Assembly (NCBI GenBank): GCA_016125505.1
Contig: WGLP01000003.1
Span: forward strand, 501,911-565,910
DNA length: 64,000 bases
Source of the DNA: Gammaproteobacteria bacterium
GTDB lineage: Bacteria; Pseudomonadota; Gammaproteobacteria; UBA6429; Thiohalophilaceae
Reading direction: 5' to 3'
The notes beneath the pieces are model-generated. The model worked only from the letters and a program-made list of their open reading frames with translations, ran no database searches and was not told the origin of the DNA. This document shows, piece after piece, positions 19,303 through 28,821 of this stretch. A program made the translations under genes and the position numbers. The stretch's first letter is position 1. Each line of letters begins with the position of its first letter.

Positions 19303-20004
19303 ATGGCATTCAGCCCATCTGCCCGTATCCTGAAGCTGGCATTGGCATCGACAATGGCGATGGGTCTCAGCGCCTGCGCAGTTTACGATGACCCCTATGG
19401 TCCGGCCTATGTGCGCCCGGCACCGCCATCCGTCGGCATCGTCTATTACGATTACTGGTATTACCCGGATGTGCATGTTTACTTCGATTACAATCGTCGC
19501 GTCTACTTTTATCTAAGCGGCCAGAGCTGGATCGAAACGCGCACACTGCCACCGGATTTGCGCTATCGCCTGGGTGGCTATGTGCCGATTCATTCACGCT
19601 ACCAGCGGCCCTATATCGAATACCGCGACCACATCCACAAATATCCGCCACGTTACCGTGATGTACAGCGCCCACCAGTGCGCCGAGATGACCGCTACGA
19701 TTATCCACGCAACGAGCCACCGCCGCCGGCACGCAGCAGGGAGCAATACCTGAACCAACAGCGCGAGCGCGAAGAGTACCGGACGCCGCCGCGTGCTACG
19801 CCTTCCGATCGTGAGCGTTACGATCCCAAGGCAAAACAACCGCTACCACACCAGCACGAACAGCCGCGTAAGGAACCGGTGAACAGGGATAAAGGCAGGA
19901 ATGACCGCGACAGACGCGACGATAAACACGACAGGGATGATCGCGACAAGGACAGAAACCCGCCTGACAATAATCGTTACGACCCGAAAGGTCTCTACAA
20001 ATAA
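19303..20004 (+). CDS. lipoprotein with Tyr/Pro-rich core and extremely Arg/Asp-rich low-complexity tail
   Basis: SD GAGGTG 5 nt upstream. Signal peptide + LSAC lipobox, then YYDYWYYPDVHVYFDY..., then RDDRYDYPRNEPPPPARSREQY...RDRRDDKHDRDDRDKDRN. Confidence 0.6.
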   Translation: MAFSPSARILKLALASTMAMGLSACAVYDDPYGPAYVRPAPPSVGIVYYDYWYYPDVHVYFDYNRRVYFYLSGQSWIETRTLPPDLRYRLGGYVPIHSRYQRPYIEYRDHIHKYPPRYRDVQRPPVRRDDRYDYPRNEPPPPARSREQYLNQQREREEYRTPPRATPSDRERYDPKAKQPLPHQHEQPRKEPVNRDKGRNDRDRRDDKHDRDDRDKDRNPPDNNRYDPKGLYK

Positions 20005-20016
20005 CGAGAGACAGGT

Positions 20017-23000
20017 CTAGGCGTCGTAACCCAGCATCGGTGCGAGCCAGCGTTCGGCCTCCTCGACGCTCATATCCTTGCGCCGGGCATAGTCCTCGAC
20101 CTGATCGCGATCGATCTTGCCCACGGCAAAATAGCGCGCCTGCGGATGACTGAAGTACCAGCCACTCACGGTGGCAGCCGGCCACATGGCATAGCTCTCG
20201 GTCAGACGCGCGGCGCAATTCCTCTCGGCATCGAGCAGATTCCATAGCGCGGCCTTCTCGGTGTGTTCAGGACAGGCGGGATAACCCGGCGCCGGACGAA
20301 TGCCCTGGTACTGTTCCTTAATCAGCATCTCGTTATCGAATTGTTTATCGTCGACACCGCGACTGGGTGACCACTTGCCGTTCTCGAAACCCCAGTTAAC
20401 GTGGCGTACACGATCGTGCATGTACTCGGCGAATGCTTCGGCCAGGCGATCTGCCAAGGCCTTGATCATGATGGCATGGTCCACATCGTTACGCGCGTCG
20501 AAGTGCTTGGCCTTTTCTTCCGCCCCGTGAATCGATACCACGAAGGCCCCGAGGTAGTCTTTCCTGCCGCTGTCCTTGGGCGCCACAAAATCACTCAGAC
20601 ACCGGTTGGGTTTATCGTCGGGACGCGGTGTCTGTTGCCGCAGGTGATGCAGGGTCGCCTGGACCTTGCTGCGCTTGTCGGTTTTATAAATCTCGATATC
20701 ATCATCGTTAACCGAGTTTGCCGGAAACAAACCGATGACCGCGCGCGCCTTCAACCAGTGATAGGAAATGATGTCGTTCAGCATCTTTTGCGCCTCATCG
20801 AAGAGTTGGCGCGCCTGCTCACCCTTGGCCGGGTCATCGAAGATTTTCGGATAGCTGCCCTTCATCTCCCAGGTATGGAAGAACGGCGTCCAGTCGATAT
20901 ACGGGACAAGAAACTGCAAGGGCACATCATCGAAGATCTGCAGGCCAAGTTGTTTCGGAACCGGTGGTGTGTAGTCGGCCCAATCGATCTTGATCTTGTT
21001 CTGGCGCGCATCGCCGAGGCTCATGAACTCGGTACGCGTGCGTTTATCGGCGTGACTGGCGCGCACGCGATCGTAATCGGCACGGACCTCCGCGATAAAT
21101 TTGTCACGACCATCCTTGCTCAACAGACTCTGCGCCACACTCACCGCACGCGACGCATCTTTTACCCAGACGGTAGCACCATGGTAATTGTGCTCGATCT
21201 TGACGGCGGTATGCGCCTTCGAGGTGGTTGCGCCACCAATCATCAGCGGCACCTCATAGCCGAGGCGTTCCATCTCCTTGGCGACGTGCACCATCTCATC
21301 CAGTGACGGCGTAATCAAACCACTCAGCCCGATGATATCGACCTTCTCTGTTTTGGCTTTTTCCAGGATCTCGCTGGCCGGCACCATCACACCAAGGTCG
21401 ATGATCTCGAAGTTGTTGCACTGTAACACCACGCCGACAATATTCTTGCCGATGTCGTGGACGTCGCCCTTTACCGTCGCCATGAGGATCTTGCCGGCGG
21501 AGCGCGCGCCTTCGGATTTTTCCGCCTCGATATACGGAATCAGATAGGCCACGGCCTTTTTCATCACGCGCGCACTCTTGACCACCTGCGGCAAAAACAT
21601 CTTGCCGGCCCCGAACAGATCGCCGACCACGTTCATGCCATCCATCAAGGGACCTTCGATGACCTGAATCGGCCGATCAAAATGCAGGCGTGCCTCTTCG
21701 GTATCTTCCACGACATACGTATCGACGCCCTTGACCAGGGCATGCTCCAGACGTTTCGCAACCGGCCAGCTGCGCCACTCGGCATCTTCTTTCTTTGCGG
21801 CACCGCTGCCGTCACCTTTGTATTTATCGGCAATCGCCAGCAGGCGTTCGGTGGCATCGGCACGGCGATTGAGCACCACGTCTTCCACGCACTCACGCAG
21901 CTCTTTTGGTAGGTCGTCATACACCGCGAGCTGGCCCGCGTTGACGATGCCCATGTCCATACCGGCCTGAATGGCGTGATATAAAAACACCGAGTGGATT
22001 GCCTCGCGCACCGGATTATTGCCGCGGAAGGAAAACGAGACGTTACTGACACCACCGCTCACCAGGGCATGCGGTAAATGCTGCTTGATCCAGCGCGTCG
22101 CCTCGATGAAATCGACACCGTAGTTGTTGTGCTCTTCAATCCCGGTGGCGATCGCAAAGATATTCGGATCAAAAATAATGTCCTGCGGCGGGAAATCCAC
22201 CTGCTCGGTCAGGATCTTGTAGGCGCGCGCGCAGATATCGATCTTGCGCTGGTAGGTATCGGCCTGTCCGGTCTCATCGAAGGCCATGACTACGATCGCC
22301 GCGCCGTAGCGCCGACACAGTCTGGCGTGTTCGATAAATTTCTCTTCGCCTTCCTTGAGGCTGATGGAGTTGACGATGCCCTTGCCCGGCAGGCACTTGA
22401 GACCCGCCTCGATGATCTCCCACTTGGAGGAATCGAGCATCACCGGCACCTTGGTAATATCGCGCTCGCCAACGATCAGGCGCAGGTATTTCACCATCGC
22501 CTCTTTGCCATCAAGCATGCCTTCGTCCATGTTGATGTCGATGATCTGCGCGCCGTTATCCACCTGCTGGCGCGCGACGTCGATGGCCTTGTCGTACTGA
22601 CCGTCGATGATCAGGCGCTTGAAGACAGCGGAACCGGTAACGTTGGTGCGCTCACCCACGTTCACGAACAGTGAATCCTTGTTGATGTTACAGGCCTCGA
22701 ACCCACTCAGGCGCGTGGTGTAATCCTTCTTGTGCACCTTGCGCGGCTTGTATTTCGCCGCTGCCTGTGCGATCAGCTTGATGTGATCCGGCGTCGTGCC
22801 GCAACAACCGCCGATGATGTTAACGAAACCTTCCTTGAGCCACGGCTCCAGCTCGGCAATCATATCTTCCGGCGTCAGGTCATAGCCGCCGAACTGATTG
22901 GGCAGGCCCGCGTTGGGGTGTGCGCTGACATAGGTATCGCAATAACCCGCCAGTTCCTCGATATGCGGACGCAACTGTTTTGGCCCCAGTGCGCAGTTGA

Positions 23001-23715
23001 AGCCGAAACTGATCGGGTTCACGTGACGCAGGGAATTCCAGAATGCCTCCGGGCGCTGGCCAATCAGGGTGCCACCGGCTTCGTCGGTAATGGTGCCGGA
23101 GATCATGATCGGTTTGCGCGTACCGAAGGTATCGAAGACCTGCTCCAGTGCGAAGATCGCCGCCTTGGCATTCAGGGTATCGAAGATCGTTTCGATCAGG
23201 ATCAGATCGGCGCCGCCGTTGATCAGGCCTTTGGCCGCCTCGCTGTAATCGTTGACCAGATCGTCGAAGGTAATATCGCGTTTGGCCGGGTCTTCGGCAT
23301 CGGTTCCAAGCGAGGACATCTTGCGCGTAGGTCCGAGCACACCCGCGACAAACCGCGGCTTGTCCGGTGAGGAAAATTCATCGGCCACTTCGCGCGCCAG
23401 TTTGGCGGCAGTTTCGTTAAGTTCGTAGGCAAGATGCCCCATGCCGTATTGGTCGAGATCGCGCGCCGTGGCATTGAAGGTGTTTGTCTCGATGATATCG
23501 GCACCCACCATCAAATACGCGGCATGAATATCTTTAATGACCTTGGGCTGGGTAATCACCAGCAGATCGTTCAAGCCCTTGAGCTCGTACTCCCACCCGC
23601 GATACTGGCGGCCACGATAATCGTGTTCATCCAGCTTGTGACGCTGGATCATGGTGCCCATGGCACCATCGAGGATCAGGATGCGTTGTTTGAGTAACTC
23701 TTCGAACTGACTCAT
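20017..23715 (-). CDS. metH: cobalamin-dependent methionine synthase
   Basis: 1232 aa with Hcy-binding, pterin-binding, B12-binding ([10 protein letters not shown]) and AdoMet-reactivation domains in canonical order. Confidence 0.95.
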   Translation of the reverse strand: MSQFEELLKQRILILDGAMGTMIQRHKLDEHDYRGRQYRGWEYELKGLNDLLVITQPKVIKDIHAAYLMVGADIIETNTFNATARDLDQYGMGHLAYELNETAAKLAREVADEFSSPDKPRFVAGVLGPTRKMSSLGTDAEDPAKRDITFDDLVNDYSEAAKGLINGGADLILIETIFDTLNAKAAIFALEQVFDTFGTRKPIMISGTITDEAGGTLIGQRPEAFWNSLRHVNPISFGFNCALGPKQLRPHIEELAGYCDTYVSAHPNAGLPNQFGGYDLTPEDMIAELEPWLKEGFVNIIGGCCGTTPDHIKLIAQAAAKYKPRKVHKKDYTTRLSGFEACNINKDSLFVNVGERTNVTGSAVFKRLIIDGQYDKAIDVARQQVDNGAQIIDINMDEGMLDGKEAMVKYLRLIVGERDITKVPVMLDSSKWEIIEAGLKCLPGKGIVNSISLKEGEEKFIEHARLCRRYGAAIVVMAFDETGQADTYQRKIDICARAYKILTEQVDFPPQDIIFDPNIFAIATGIEEHNNYGVDFIEATRWIKQHLPHALVSGGVSNVSFSFRGNNPVREAIHSVFLYHAIQAGMDMGIVNAGQLAVYDDLPKELRECVEDVVLNRRADATERLLAIADKYKGDGSGAAKKEDAEWRSWPVAKRLEHALVKGVDTYVVEDTEEARLHFDRPIQVIEGPLMDGMNVVGDLFGAGKMFLPQVVKSARVMKKAVAYLIPYIEAEKSEGARSAGKILMATVKGDVHDIGKNIVGVVLQCNNFEIIDLGVMVPASEILEKAKTEKVDIIGLSGLITPSLDEMVHVAKEMERLGYEVPLMIGGATTSKAHTAVKIEHNYHGATVWVKDASRAVSVAQSLLSKDGRDKFIAEVRADYDRVRASHADKRTRTEFMSLGDARQNKIKIDWADYTPPVPKQLGLQIFDDVPLQFLVPYIDWTPFFHTWEMKGSYPKIFDDPAKGEQARQLFDEAQKMLNDIISYHWLKARAVIGLFPANSVNDDDIEIYKTDKRSKVQATLHHLRQQTPRPDDKPNRCLSDFVAPKDSGRKDYLGAFVVSIHGAEEKAKHFDARNDVDHAIMIKALADRLAEAFAEYMHDRVRHVNWGFENGKWSPSRGVDDKQFDNEMLIKEQYQGIRPAPGYPACPEHTEKAALWNLLDAERNCAARLTESYAMWPAATVSGWYFSHPQARYFAVGKIDRDQVEDYARRKDMSVEEAERWLAPMLGYDA

Positions 23716-23814
23716 CGGCTTGGGTTTGCTTGATTGATTGACAAGGGCAGGGAGTTTACCACGGCCATCGGCCCGCCGCTTGATTCACCGGGTAAGCGCA
23801 GGGGATTAATACTG

Positions 23815-24255
23815 TTAACGTTTTTCAACCAACAGGATCGTGCCCTCCACACCGGTGACCTGCACGCGCGCGCCAATGTCGCAATCCTCACCACGGATCT
23901 TCCAGGTGGAATCGTCGACATGGATCTTGCCCAGACTATTGACGATGGGGTGCTCCAGCGTAAATTGGCGCCCGATGTATTGCTCGCCGCGCCGGTTCAA
24001 GGTGGGACGATCGGTTTTGGTCGGATACTTGCGCAGGTACAAACGCCAGGCGGCAATACTCACTATCGAGAAGATGGAGAACATCATGAACTGATACTGC
24101 CAACCCAGTTCGGGGGCGAGCAGCAAAATCACGCCGACCAGTCCGGAGGAGATGCCCATCCACAGGAAGAAGGTCCCCGGCGCAAAGACTTCGAGCACGA
24201 TCAAGACCACGCCCAGGATCCACCAGTGCCAATAGGTAAGCTCTTCCATGCTCAT
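23815..24255 (-). CDS. NfeD-family membrane protein (YbbJ-like, partner of SPFH protein)
   Basis: 146 aa with two or three N-terminal TM helices and a C-terminal OB-fold-like domain. Immediately downstream of the SPFH gene. Confidence 0.75.
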   Translation of the reverse strand: MSMEELTYWHWWILGVVLIVLEVFAPGTFFLWMGISSGLVGVILLLAPELGWQYQFMMFSIFSIVSIAAWRLYLRKYPTKTDRPTLNRRGEQYIGRQFTLEHPIVNSLGKIHVDDSTWKIRGEDCDIGARVQVTGVEGTILLVEKR

Positions 24256-25196
24256 GCCTTCCTGCCTTGCTGCGACATGGCCTGCTTGGCCAGCTCTGCG
24301 ATACCGCCAATGGCACCGATCACACCCGAGGACTCCATGGGCATGAAGATCAGTTTTTCATTCGGCGCACTGGCAATGTTCTGCAGGGCCTCCACATATT
24401 TGGTCGCCACGAAATAATTGATGGCGTTGAGATCGCCCTTTTCGATCGCCTGCGACACCATGTGGGTAGCGCGTGCCTCGGCCTCGGCCTGACGTTCACG
24501 CGCCTCGGCATCACGGAAGGCTGCCTCGCGCCGGCCCTCCGCCTCCAGGATCGCCGCCTGTTTTTCGCCTTCCGCGCGCAGGATCGCGGATTGACGCTTG
24601 CCTTCGGCTTCCAGAATTTCCGCCCGCTTCAGGCGCTCGGCCTTCATCTGGCTGGCCATGGCATCGACCAGATCCAGCGGCGGTGAAATGTCTTTGATTT
24701 CGATACGCGTGACCTTCACACCCCAGGGCTGGGTCGCATCGTCCACCACGCTTAACAACTGCGCATTGATCTTGTCACGTTGCGATAACAACTCGTCCAG
24801 GTCCATCGAGCCCATAACGGTACGCACGTTGGTCACGGTGAGATTCAAGATGGCGAGCTCGAGGTTATTCACCTCATAGGCCGCACGCGCCGCATCCAGG
24901 ACCTGGAAAAACACCACCCCGTCAACGCGTACCATGGCGTTGTCCTTGGTGATCACTTCTTGTGAAGGAACGTCCACCACCTGTTCCATCATGTTCATGC
25001 GGCGACCGATGCGATCAATAACGGGGACAATCAGGTGGAACCCCGGACTGAGGGTCTTGGTGTAACGCCCAAAGCGCTCGACGGTGTATTCGTAACCCTG
25101 ACGCACCGTCTGCACCCCCTTCATGACAATAATGACCGCCAGAATCAGCACCACGATGGCGAAACCGGAAAATCCGCTTAACCCAATGTTGTACAT
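24252..25196 (-). CDS. SPFH/band-7 (stomatin/QmcA-like) protein
   Basis: N-terminal TM segment, PHB domain, and an Ala/Glu-rich coiled-coil tail. The ATG at 25196 is preferred over the track start 25256. Confidence 0.8.
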   Translation of the reverse strand: MYNIGLSGFSGFAIVVLILAVIIVMKGVQTVRQGYEYTVERFGRYTKTLSPGFHLIVPVIDRIGRRMNMMEQVVDVPSQEVITKDNAMVRVDGVVFFQVLDAARAAYEVNNLELAILNLTVTNVRTVMGSMDLDELLSQRDKINAQLLSVVDDATQPWGVKVTRIEIKDISPPLDLVDAMASQMKAERLKRAEILEAEGKRQSAILRAEGEKQAAILEAEGRREAAFRDAEARERQAEAEARATHMVSQAIEKGDLNAINYFVATKYVEALQNIASAPNEKLIFMPMESSGVIGAIGGIAELAKQAMSQQGRKA

Positions 25197-25300
25197 CTTC
25201 AATCCCCTCTCGCTGTTACTCTGTTTATCGTTATGTGGTGAACGCGGCCTCCCCAAACCCGGGTTAACCCTGCCACGATGCTAGCTGGTAATATAGGCTA

Positions 25301-26056
25301 ATGCTTGCTGAAAACCTAACGCCACGCCTACTCAAACCGCCCAAGTCCATCATGCGTCTGGTCGGCCGCGCCATTGCCGATTTCGACATGATTCGCGATG
25401 GCGACAGGTTGATGCTCGGCCTCTCCGGCGGCAAGGATTCCCTGAGCCTGTTGCACATCCTGCATCACCTGCAGAGCTATGCCCCGGTACGTTTCGAGCT
25501 GGCGGCCATGACCGTGGACCCCATGATCGCCGGCTTCCATCCCGAACAACTCAAGCCGTATCTCGCACAACTCGGCATCCCGTATTTCTTTGAATCGCAG
25601 GCCATCGAGGAACAGGCAAAAGAGCACATGGTCAATGACTCGTTTTGTTCGTTTTGCTCACGCATCAAGCGCGGCATCATGTACACCACCCTGCGCCGCG
25701 AGGGCTACAACGTGCTGGCCCTGGCCCAGCACCTGGACGACCTGGCCGAGAGCTTTTTGATGTCCGCCTTTCACGGCGGCCAGTTGCGGACCATGAAGGC
25801 GCATTACACCAACAAGGACGGCGACATCCGCATCATCCGTCCACTGGTCTATGTCCGCGAGCGCCAGACCCATGCCTTTGCCCTGGATGCCGCACTGCCC
25901 GTGGTCCCTGATTCCTGCCCTGCCTGTTTTGGGATGCCTACCCAGCGTGCCCATATGAAGACCCTGCTTGCCCAGGAAGAATCCCACAATAAATACCTTT
26001 TTAAGAGCTTATTACAGGCAATGCGCCCACTTTTTAGTAAAAATGACGCAGAATAA
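25301..26056 (+). CDS. ttcA: tRNA 2-thiocytidine(32) synthetase TtcA
   Basis: PP-loop SGGKDS and the CxxC...C cysteine motifs of TtcA. Confidence 0.85.
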   Translation: MLAENLTPRLLKPPKSIMRLVGRAIADFDMIRDGDRLMLGLSGGKDSLSLLHILHHLQSYAPVRFELAAMTVDPMIAGFHPEQLKPYLAQLGIPYFFESQAIEEQAKEHMVNDSFCSFCSRIKRGIMYTTLRREGYNVLALAQHLDDLAESFLMSAFHGGQLRTMKAHYTNKDGDIRIIRPLVYVRERQTHAFALDAALPVVPDSCPACFGMPTQRAHMKTLLAQEESHNKYLFKSLLQAMRPLFSKNDAE

Positions 26057-26338
26057 TTTGTTTAATCTCTAGTTTTGCCCTCACGCCCATATTTATTCCT
26101 ATAACCGCAAAATTACGTTGGTAAATTCAAATAAGTGGGAAAAATACCGATTTAATGCAGTTATTGTTTCTATAAACCCCCTCGTGACTTCCTATTTTCC
26201 CCATAAAATCACTGGAGAGTGGACTTTAGCGTTTTTTTGTGAGCTTGCCATATCAACCTGCATCAAGTACCGGCCGACAAAAAAGGTGCAAGAACTGTTG
26301 AATTGCCTATGCTTAAAGTAAGTGAAAGGAGGCAAGTT

Positions 26339-26515
26339 ATGGCTACTAAAATTCAAGTCGTCCAGAGCGGTCAGTCCTGGTTCGTTATCACGGCGGAGGG
26401 GCGGTTCGGGCCCATGGACTCCGAACAAGAAGCGAGAAATTACGCCAACCTCCTGCAGCTTGCTGCCGCCGCTGGCAATGAAATCGCCTGCACCGATGCC
26501 GAATGCCTGGTGTAA
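26339..26515 (+). CDS. small DUF2188-like protein (58 aa)
   Basis: Strong SD AAAGGAGG 6 nt upstream. Pattern IQVVQSGQSWFVITAEG...EQEARNYANLLQLA resembles DUF2188. Lies in an AT-rich islet. Confidence 0.45.
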   Translation: MATKIQVVQSGQSWFVITAEGRFGPMDSEQEARNYANLLQLAAAAGNEIACTDAECLV

Positions 26516-26632
26516 ATGTTTCAACTCCAGCTATGCGCCGGCCAGGGTAAAAACCTGTGCCGGCCTCATATTTTTTTGTGACGGTACGCTAATAGCTTTG
26601 TAGGGAATGACAAACAAAGAGAGGCCGAACCC

Positions 26633-26761
26633 ATGTTAACCGCTCATTTATTGAAATGGACCCTGGTGACCCTGTTGTTCGTGGTACTGCCCATCGCACT
26701 GATGCGCCTGATGGTCTACAAAACGATCGAGACCAAACGCCAGGTCATCCGTAAACGCTAA
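26633..26761 (+). CDS. predicted 42-aa single-TM membrane peptide
   Basis: SD AAAGAGAGG 8 nt upstream of ATG. Sequence MLTAHLLKWTLVTLLFVVLPIALMRLMVYKTIETKRQVIRKR. Too short for the ORF track. Confidence 0.35.
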   Translation: MLTAHLLKWTLVTLLFVVLPIALMRLMVYKTIETKRQVIRKR

Positions 26762-26875
26762 TTCCGGAATAGCGTTTATGACATTCCTGCCACTGGGAAT
26801 GTCATCCATCTCGGCCCTGGACCCACTGGATGGAGCACCAGCGCAGGCATCAAAAAAGCTGTTCGCGATATCTGT

Positions 26876-27763
26876 TTAACACGCCTGCAGCAATCGTTCG
26901 ATCATGGCGTCGGCTTGTGCGGCGTAACCGCCACCGAAGAGATTGAAGTGGTTAAGGATGTGGTACAGGTTGTAAAGCAGCTTGCGTTGCGCATACCCCG
27001 GATCGAGCGGCCAGTTCGCATTGTACGCCGCGTAAAACTCCCTGCCGAAACCACCGAATAATTCCGTCATCGCCAGATCGGCTTCACGATCACCGTAATA
27101 CACCGCCGGGTCGAACATCACCGGTTCGTCGTCGCGGCTGATCCCGTAATTACCCGACCACAGATCGCCGTGCAATACCGATGCGCACGGTTGATAGCCA
27201 CTAAAGAAGACATTCAGTTTATCTTGCAGGCGTTCACCTTTTTGCAAGGTGCGTACACCAATGCCGTTGCGTGCCGCCAATTGCAGTTGGTAACCAAGAC
27301 GGTGCTCGCGCCAGAATGCGATCCAGTCACTTCCCCAGGTGTTTATCTGCGGCGTCGAACCGATCGTGTTGTCGCGTTGCCAGCCGAATTGCGCCGCTGT
27401 ATGCCGATGCATCTGCGCCAGCTGTTCACCGAATCGCGTCATGCTCGCGCCACCGCCGCGACCGCCCAGTGCCAGCGATTCCATCACGATGAAACATTGG
27501 TGACCACTGATGCCGGTACACACGGGTATCGGGACCCGCACTGCGTTTGCTGCGGCCAGTTCGCGCAGGCCATCGGCCTCCGCTTCGAACATGTCCAGCA
27601 AAGCCGCGTCATTCAGTTTCAGAAAATACTCGCGGCCACTACCGCTGATCTTCATGGCGGTGTTGATACAGCCGCCACCGACGGCGCCGTGTTGCGTCAG
27701 CTCGAATGCCGTGCCAGTCGCCTGGCTAATGGCGTGTGCGATGTCCTGCCAGTTCATGGGCAC
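26876..27763 (-). CDS. fructosamine/ketosamine-3-kinase family protein
   Basis: 295 aa with aminoglycoside-phosphotransferase-like fold motifs (HGDLWSGN, D...) typical of the FN3K/YniA family. Confidence 0.8.
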   Translation of the reverse strand: MPMNWQDIAHAISQATGTAFELTQHGAVGGGCINTAMKISGSGREYFLKLNDAALLDMFEAEADGLRELAAANAVRVPIPVCTGISGHQCFIVMESLALGGRGGGASMTRFGEQLAQMHRHTAAQFGWQRDNTIGSTPQINTWGSDWIAFWREHRLGYQLQLAARNGIGVRTLQKGERLQDKLNVFFSGYQPCASVLHGDLWSGNYGISRDDEPVMFDPAVYYGDREADLAMTELFGGFGREFYAAYNANWPLDPGYAQRKLLYNLYHILNHFNLFGGGYAAQADAMIERLLQAC

Positions 27764-27874
27764 AAGAGTAACGAAATGCTCATCGCACTGGCTACCCGCT
27801 TCGCTCGCGGGTATCGTACCGATGACGCTTTATGACACTGACTTGAACCGGACACCGAAACAACAGAGCAAACT

Positions 27875-28432
27875 ATGGCCAAGACCTATCCCGCGCTTAC
27901 CCCCGAACTCAAATCCTGGATCATGCAACAACCAGTATTTTTTCTTGCCAGTGCGCCATTACAGGCAAACGGTCACATTAATGTTTCTCCGCGCGGCCTG
28001 GACAGCCTGCGCATCCTGGACGATCACGCGCTGGTCATCCTGGACCTCACCGGCAGTGGCAATGAAACCGCCGCGCACTTACACGAGAACGGACGCCTCA
28101 CCGTGATGCTGTGTGCGTTCAGCGGGGATCCCAAAATCCTGCGGCTGTACGGCCAGGGGAAGGTGGTTTGGCCGGACTCGGCGGGATGGGGCAGCTATCG
28201 CAAATTGTTTTCGCCGGAGCTCCCGGGCGTACGTCAGATTTTTCATTTACAGCTCGATCGGATACAAACCTCCTGCGGCTTCGGCGTACCCCTGATGGAT
28301 TTTGTCGCACAGCGTGACACGCTCTCGACCTGGGCACGCAAGAAAGGCCCGGATGGCATCGACAAATACCAGCATGACAAAAACGCCCGCAGTATTGACG
28401 GCCTGCCCGCGCCCGGACTCTGCCAAGACTGA
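27875..28432 (+). CDS. pyridoxamine 5'-phosphate oxidase-like (FMN-binding split barrel) family protein
   Basis: 185 aa with the PNPOx-like N-terminal pattern (FFLASA...NVSPRG...). Confidence 0.65.
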   Translation: MAKTYPALTPELKSWIMQQPVFFLASAPLQANGHINVSPRGLDSLRILDDHALVILDLTGSGNETAAHLHENGRLTVMLCAFSGDPKILRLYGQGKVVWPDSAGWGSYRKLFSPELPGVRQIFHLQLDRIQTSCGFGVPLMDFVAQRDTLSTWARKKGPDGIDKYQHDKNARSIDGLPAPGLCQD

Positions 28433-28652
28433 CACGCCGCGCAAGCAAAAGTAGGGGTTTAAGGCAGACTTGGTTTATCAGGATTTTCTGATTTATGCAC
28501 AGGGCTTAACCGAATCAAATACTTCCGTGGCGGCACCTGCTCGGTAGCTGCGTTTGACACTTTAATTACAATGTAACTTACTGATAAATATGTACTTATG
28601 CCCAAGTTTATTTTCTAGCCAGTTTAACAGGAATGTAATATTGATGCGGCAT

Positions 28653-28706
28653 TTATCCACTTTACCCCATTTCTTCCACAGACTTATCCACAGCATTTGT
28701 GGATAA
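28653..28706. promoter_or_regulatory. cluster of DnaA-box-like 9-mers in an AT-rich region upstream of priA
   Basis: TTATCCACT (28653..28661). Perfect consensus TTATCCACA (28684..28692) and its inverted copy TGTGGATAA (28698..28706) form a 9-bp inverted repeat with a 5-bp spacer. Confidence 0.4.
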
Positions 28707-28821
28707 CAGCCATTCTGTTTCGCAACAAGCACTTAGTATTAATTAACGAGAGAAAGACTGAAGCTGCCGCGCTAACTTACGGATGCTGCTGTAAGCCGAT
28801 GCAGTTTGTTACTCTTGCGCC

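Noticed and set aside
20300-23700. Numerous 60-300-aa ORFs antisense to or overlapping metH (e.g. 20401..21306+, 22078..22674+, 22732..23370+, 21457..21912+)
   Set aside because: They lie entirely within the well-supported 1232-aa metH frame on the opposite strand. High-GC antisense frames commonly stay open, and no domain signatures are seen.
26118-26321. 67-aa ORF in the AT-rich islet
   Set aside because: No SD and composition typical of AT-rich non-coding DNA. The downstream 26339 ORF with a strong SD is preferred.
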